NCBI GenBank assembly: GCA_963745075.1
Contig: CAVUWV010000024.1
Span: 320,001 to 384,000 of the forward strand
Direction: 5' to 3'
From: Candidatus Hydrogenedentota bacterium
Lineage (GTDB): Bacteria > Hydrogenedentota > Hydrogenedentia > Hydrogenedentales > SLHB01
DNA: 64,000 nt
The notes under the pieces are model-generated. The model saw nothing but the letters and a program-made list of their open reading frames with translations. It did no database searches and was not told the origin of the DNA. The stretch's first letter is position 1; each line of letters starts with the position of its first letter. Below, piece after piece: positions 60,199-64,000 of the stretch. Made by a program: the position numbers and the translations under genes.

Positions 60199-60498
60199 AG
60201 GGACACCATAACTCGAACCAGCCCCAAAAATCAACTTAATTCGTAGTCTGTCCCTGAATTTCCGCAGTTTTTCCTAATCGACGCGCCTCGAGTATACGCG
60301 AAAACCATCGAGACGTCCGTATCGCCAGCGGCTTCGGCTGGCTGGGAACAGCTCTGACGCGGCGAAAGAATGGGTTGCGCAAAATGGCTAAGTATGGCAG
60401 TATGCCTCATTGGTCATAACTGCAAGGCACGCTTCCGCGTCTTCACGAACTGCACTACCCGGCTGCGTGTGAATGCTCAACGGGAAGGAGCGTGTGGC

Positions 60499-61302
60499 AT
60501 GAAGCATGTGTATCGTTCTGTCGGTGGCGCCGTGTTCTTGGCCTGTCTGGTGTTCGGAACCGGCTGTTCGTTTCCCAACGGCCCCCCCGTCCCCGGCCAG
60601 ACCCGGATCTTTGACGGGATCGAGTTCCAGTGGTGCCCGCCTGGTACCTTCATGATGGGAAGCCCGGACAGTGAAGCGGGTCGTTTTACCAATGAAACGC
60701 AGCACCAAGTCACCATCAGCCAAGGGTTTTGGCTGGGGAAATACGAAGTGACCCAGGCCCAGTGGGTGGCTGTCATGGGCAGCAACCCTTCCGATTTTCC
60801 CGGTAATCTAAGGCCCGTCGATAAGGTCAGTTGGGACGATGTGCAGGATTATCTCGCCGCACTGAATGCAAAGAAGGGTACCACCGGCGGCCCCTATTGG
60901 CTTCCGACCGAAGCTGAGTGGGAGTACGCATGCCGGGCTGGGACAACCACGCGGTTCTATTGGGGCGATGATCCCACGGAATCCGAAATCACTGACTATG
61001 CATGGTATGAGGACAATGGCAATTCAGAGCCCCATAACACGGGCACGAAGCTCCCCAACGGCTGGGGTCTGTACGATATGAGCGGCAACGCATATGAGTG
61101 GTGTCAGGACTGGTACGAGGAGGATTACCCCGCCGGACCAGCCACGGACCCCGAGGGGCCTGCTGCAGGGACCGATCGGACGCTGCGCGGGGGTTCGTGG
61201 GACGCCGATCCGGGAAGCTGCCGCTCGGCGTTTCGCCTCTACTCCTCCCCGGACGGCAGTGGCAACTCCCTCGGTTTTCGTTTGCTGCGGACTCCGGATT
61301 AG
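60499..61302 (+). CDS. FGE-sulfatase (SUMF1/EgtB/PvdO) domain lipoprotein
   Basis: Lipobox FGTGC; GTFMMGSP, YEVTQAQW, LPTEAEWEYACRAG, GLYDMSGNAYEW, RGGSW, GFRL. Confidence 0.93.
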   Translation: MKHVYRSVGGAVFLACLVFGTGCSFPNGPPVPGQTRIFDGIEFQWCPPGTFMMGSPDSEAGRFTNETQHQVTISQGFWLGKYEVTQAQWVAVMGSNPSDFPGNLRPVDKVSWDDVQDYLAALNAKKGTTGGPYWLPTEAEWEYACRAGTTTRFYWGDDPTESEITDYAWYEDNGNSEPHNTGTKLPNGWGLYDMSGNAYEWCQDWYEEDYPAGPATDPEGPAAGTDRTLRGGSWDADPGSCRSAFRLYSSPDGSGNSLGFRLLRTPD

Positions 61303-61392
61303 GAGTTGCGGTATTCTCCTTTTCGCTCTGAGTAGTCAACGCCGGGACGGAAGTCTCGGTAATGGACACAAACCCAAATAAGGAGTGAAGCG

Positions 61393-61507
61393 ATGAAAGG
61401 CGATATCGACCGTCGAGATTTCTTTGATTTGGCAAAGCGGCTTCGGTGCCATTCTGCTGGCGATTCTGCAGCTTGAGGTCAGTTTCTTTTTGCCTGCCGT
61501 ACAGTGA
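61393..61507 (+). pseudogene. Short Tat-signal-like gene remnant
   Basis: AAGGAG RBS, MKGDIDRRDF; a hydrophobic stretch GFGAILLAIL follows in the +1 frame; ends beside a GGGACA repeat. Confidence 0.35.
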
Positions 61508-61645
61508 CAGACTTTGAATAAATAGGGACATCCATCTATTGCAATCCGCTCCCTGACGCTTGATGCCGGGTGGGCGATTCCCGATGCGCCCATGCATCCG
61601 TGATCCTTGTGTAATACTACCACTGGCGCGCGAAATGCGCATCTG

Positions 61646-61911
61646 GAAATTCAGGGACAGACTACGAATTAACATCTCCTCGTGGGCCGTTGTTGTTCGG
61701 TTCGGGTTTGGGTTTGCGGCCGCGCTTGGCGGGGCGGAGGAGGCGGCCCAGGAGATTTTCCAGTTGGGCCACGAATCGGCTCCCGCCGCAGGGGCGTCCG
61801 GTGCTGGTCTGGCGGCGAATGCGCTCGACGGCATCGGGGTCGTCCTCCACACGAAGCCATTCCGCCCAGTTCTCGATAACGCTGGGTGGAGGAAACTCCT
61901 TCTATACTAGC
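61646..61911 (-). mobile_element. Partial second copy of the RAYT-like element (3' end plus inverted repeat)
   Basis: gaaattcagggacagactacgaattaa then near-identity to 59436-59669; encodes EDDPDAVERIRRQTSTGRPCGG...DVNS*. Confidence 0.9.
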
Positions 61912-62030
61912 GTATGGCGCTGGGATACGCAAGGAAGATGTGCTCGTGTCACCCTTCTTACCATTGATAGTAGACACTGTGTTCCGCTTCGTAGGACGCG
62001 GAGATGGTCGGAATCTGCCCGCCTCCCCGG

Positions 62031-62059
62031 TTGACACCCCTACTCCCAATACGCAGAAT
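62031..62059 (+). promoter_or_regulatory. Putative sigma70 promoter
   Basis: TTGACA-17 nt-CAGAAT, upstream of a GGAGG RBS and ATG 62093. Confidence 0.55.
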
Positions 62060-62092
62060 AGCGGAGGTTTTGCATTCGGGAGGGGTTTCGCC

Positions 62093-63613
62093 ATGAGTCT
62101 ATTGGGATTGGATGTGGGGACCACGGGGACGAAAGCCGTCGCCTTCGATTTGGACGGGCGCATGTTGGCGTCCGCGTACCGGGAGTATCCCTTGCGGTCG
62201 CCGCGGCCCGGCTGGCAGGAGTTGGACCCCGACGAAGTCTGGGCCAACGTGCGCGAAGTCCTCGCCGAAGTCGCGTCCAAGACCAAGGGCAATCCCATCA
62301 AAGCCATGGCCATGTCCGCCCAGGGCGAAGCGGTCCACGCCGTCGATAAGAACGGCAAATGCCTCACGCCGAGTCTCGTCACCTTCGACGGCCGCACCGC
62401 CGACATGCCCGCGTGGTGGCTCGAACGCAAATCCCGCATGGACCTCGCCCAACTCACCGGCATGCCGCTCCACGGCATGTACACCATCAACAAGATCATG
62501 TGGTTCAAAGAGCACCAGCCCGAGGTCTACGCCAAGGCCGCGAAATTCCTGTGCTACGAAGACTACGTCCAATACCGCCTCGGTGTGCCCCCCACCATGA
62601 GTCACAGCCTCGCCGGACGCACCATGGCCCTCGACGCGAAAGCGGGGGAGTGGTCCAGCGAAATCCTGTCGATTGCCGGCGTAGACCCTGACCTGCTCCC
62701 CGCTACGGCCCCTTCCGGAACCGCCGTGGGTGAAATTCCCGACGCCATCGCCGACGACATTGGCCTGCCCCACGGCATCGTCATCGCGACCGGTGGCCAC
62801 GACCAGCCCGCGGGTGCCCTCGGCGCGGGAATATTGGAAGGGGGAGAGGCCGTCTACGCCACCGGCACCGTCGAATGCCTGTGCCCCATATTCCCGGATT
62901 TCACCATGGACGAGCAGATGGCCGGCAACAACATCTGCTGCTATCCGAGTTGCGTTCCGGGTCTCTATGCCTCTATCGCCTTTAACTTTACGGGCGGCTC
63001 CCTACTCAAGTGGTACCGCGACACCTTTGCCGAGGAGGAGAAGCGTCTCGCCGCCGAATCCGGGCGCGACGTCTACGACATCATCTGCGAAAACGTCCCC
63101 CTCGAACCCGAAAACCTGCTGGTCTTACCCCACTTCACCATGACCGGAACGCCCCATTTCGATACGGCCAGCCGCGGGGCCATTCTGGGCCTGACCCTCC
63201 AGTCCACGAAGGACGATATCGTGGCCGCGATACTTTCCGGCGTTACCTATGAAATGAAATTGAATCTTGCGATGTTACAGACAGCGGGAGTAGGTATTTC
63301 GCGGCTCCGAGCCATCGGAGGCGGCGCGAAAAGCCGGACCTGGATCCAGCGGAAAGCGGACATTATGGGCGTCCCGGTTGCCGTGTTACAGATTACGGAA
63401 GCGGCCTCGCTGGGCGTTGCCATGTTGGCAGGTCATGCGGTGGGGTTGTTGCCGGATCTTAAAGCAGCGGCCGACGCCATAGTAACGTTGGAAGACGTGT
63501 GTGAACCCGATGAGGGGAGAGTACGGCAGTTTGCCGAACGATTTGCGGTATTTCGGGACGTGTATCCCGCGCTCGGGAGCATCAATCACCAGTTGGCGGC
63601 ATTTGACGAATAG
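62093..63613 (+). CDS. FGGY family carbohydrate kinase (xylulokinase-like)
   Basis: LGLDVGTTGTKA, TGGHDQ, TGT, GGSLLKWYRD, IGGGAKS, ASLGVAMLA. Confidence 0.93.
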   Translation: MSLLGLDVGTTGTKAVAFDLDGRMLASAYREYPLRSPRPGWQELDPDEVWANVREVLAEVASKTKGNPIKAMAMSAQGEAVHAVDKNGKCLTPSLVTFDGRTADMPAWWLERKSRMDLAQLTGMPLHGMYTINKIMWFKEHQPEVYAKAAKFLCYEDYVQYRLGVPPTMSHSLAGRTMALDAKAGEWSSEILSIAGVDPDLLPATAPSGTAVGEIPDAIADDIGLPHGIVIATGGHDQPAGALGAGILEGGEAVYATGTVECLCPIFPDFTMDEQMAGNNICCYPSCVPGLYASIAFNFTGGSLLKWYRDTFAEEEKRLAAESGRDVYDIICENVPLEPENLLVLPHFTMTGTPHFDTASRGAILGLTLQSTKDDIVAAILSGVTYEMKLNLAMLQTAGVGISRLRAIGGGAKSRTWIQRKADIMGVPVAVLQITEAASLGVAMLAGHAVGLLPDLKAAADAIVTLEDVCEPDEGRVRQFAERFAVFRDVYPALGSINHQLAAFDE

Positions 63614-63629
63614 GGCAGGGTAGACGAAA

Positions 63630-64000
63630 GTGAGTTCTCGCAAACGATGGAGCAGCATTTACCAGGGGGAGAATCCCTTCGGTCTGCTGCGAACGATCAA
63701 CGACGAATTGGGGCTCTGCGCCAAACGGGCGCAAGAGCAACAGAACGGCCGCATCAAATACCTTTGGATGTACCTTTCGGACGCGTCCGCATACGAGTCA
63801 TCCGACGAGGAAAATCGCCCGCTGTCACTCGATGAACTGCTCGATATTATCGACGAATGCGCCGCCGCCGGGTCGGAAAGCCTCATCATCAGCATCAGTT
63901 CCTCATTCGCCGATCATCCGCACCTGTTTCAGGTGTGCGACTGGGTGCAAGCGACCCACGACATGGTCGTGGGCATTCACCTTCACGCCACGCCGCTGAC
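63630..64000 (+). CDS. Partial CDS running off the window; resembles a radical SAM N-terminus without the Cys triad
   Basis: Open frame from GTG 63630: MSSRKRWSSIYQGENPF...IKYLWMYLSDASAYESSDEENRPLSLDELLDIIDECAAAGSESLII... Confidence 0.65.
   Translation, partial: MSSRKRWSSIYQGENPFGLLRTINDELGLCAKRAQEQQNGRIKYLWMYLSDASAYESSDEENRPLSLDELLDIIDECAAAGSESLIISISSSFADHPHLFQVCDWVQATHDMVVGIHLHATPL

Larger units (their letters stand above)
59409..60262 (-). mobile_element. RAYT-like (Y1 HUH) transposase element bounded by 27-bp inverted repeats
   Basis: gaaatttagggacagactacgaattaa (59409-59435) and ttaattcgtagtctgtccctgaatttc (60236-60262), one mismatch. Confidence 0.88.

Noticed and set aside
59405..60266. 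CGCA on both sides of the RAYT-like element as a target-site duplication
   Set aside because: IS3 orfB does not resume after 60266 and the second copy has a different flank, so a simple insertion with TSD is unsupported; 4 bp can be chance.
1..64000. CRISPR array, tRNA, rRNA, tmRNA, RNase P
   Set aside because: No regularly spaced direct repeats with unique spacers and no conserved signatures of these RNAs seen by eye.

Overview
About 60% GC bacterial chromosomal window with no rRNA, tRNA or CRISPR array that I can see. It holds mostly housekeeping and accessory catabolic genes: partial amtB, fabI, glgA, several secreted glycoside hydrolase-like proteins (GH29, GH36, GH106, BNR sialidase-like, beta-helix), two type II toxin-antitoxin pairs, a PadR-ABC operon, a PAS hybrid kinase and a giant ECF sigma factor fusion. 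The gene content suggests a PVC- or Hydrogenedentota-like organism (inference only). At least eight single-base +1 frameshifts split otherwise intact genes and look like sequencing error. Best candidates for something new: (1) two tandem RRM RNA-binding protein genes, each with its own promoter, a conserved structured ~190-nt leader and a terminator; (2) an operon of a MoaE-MoeB-rhodanese fusion, a BNR beta-propeller and a MoaD/ThiS ubiquitin-like protein; (3) a RAYT-like HUH transposase bounded by 27-bp inverted repeats, which truncates an IS3, carries a related hairpin in frame in its own gene, and whose repeats also bracket a neighbouring lipoprotein gene; (4) a sigma54 promoter ahead of a ~490-nt, apparently multi-helix leader of a HAD-IIA phosphatase. 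At least five other short intergenic repeat families are present.
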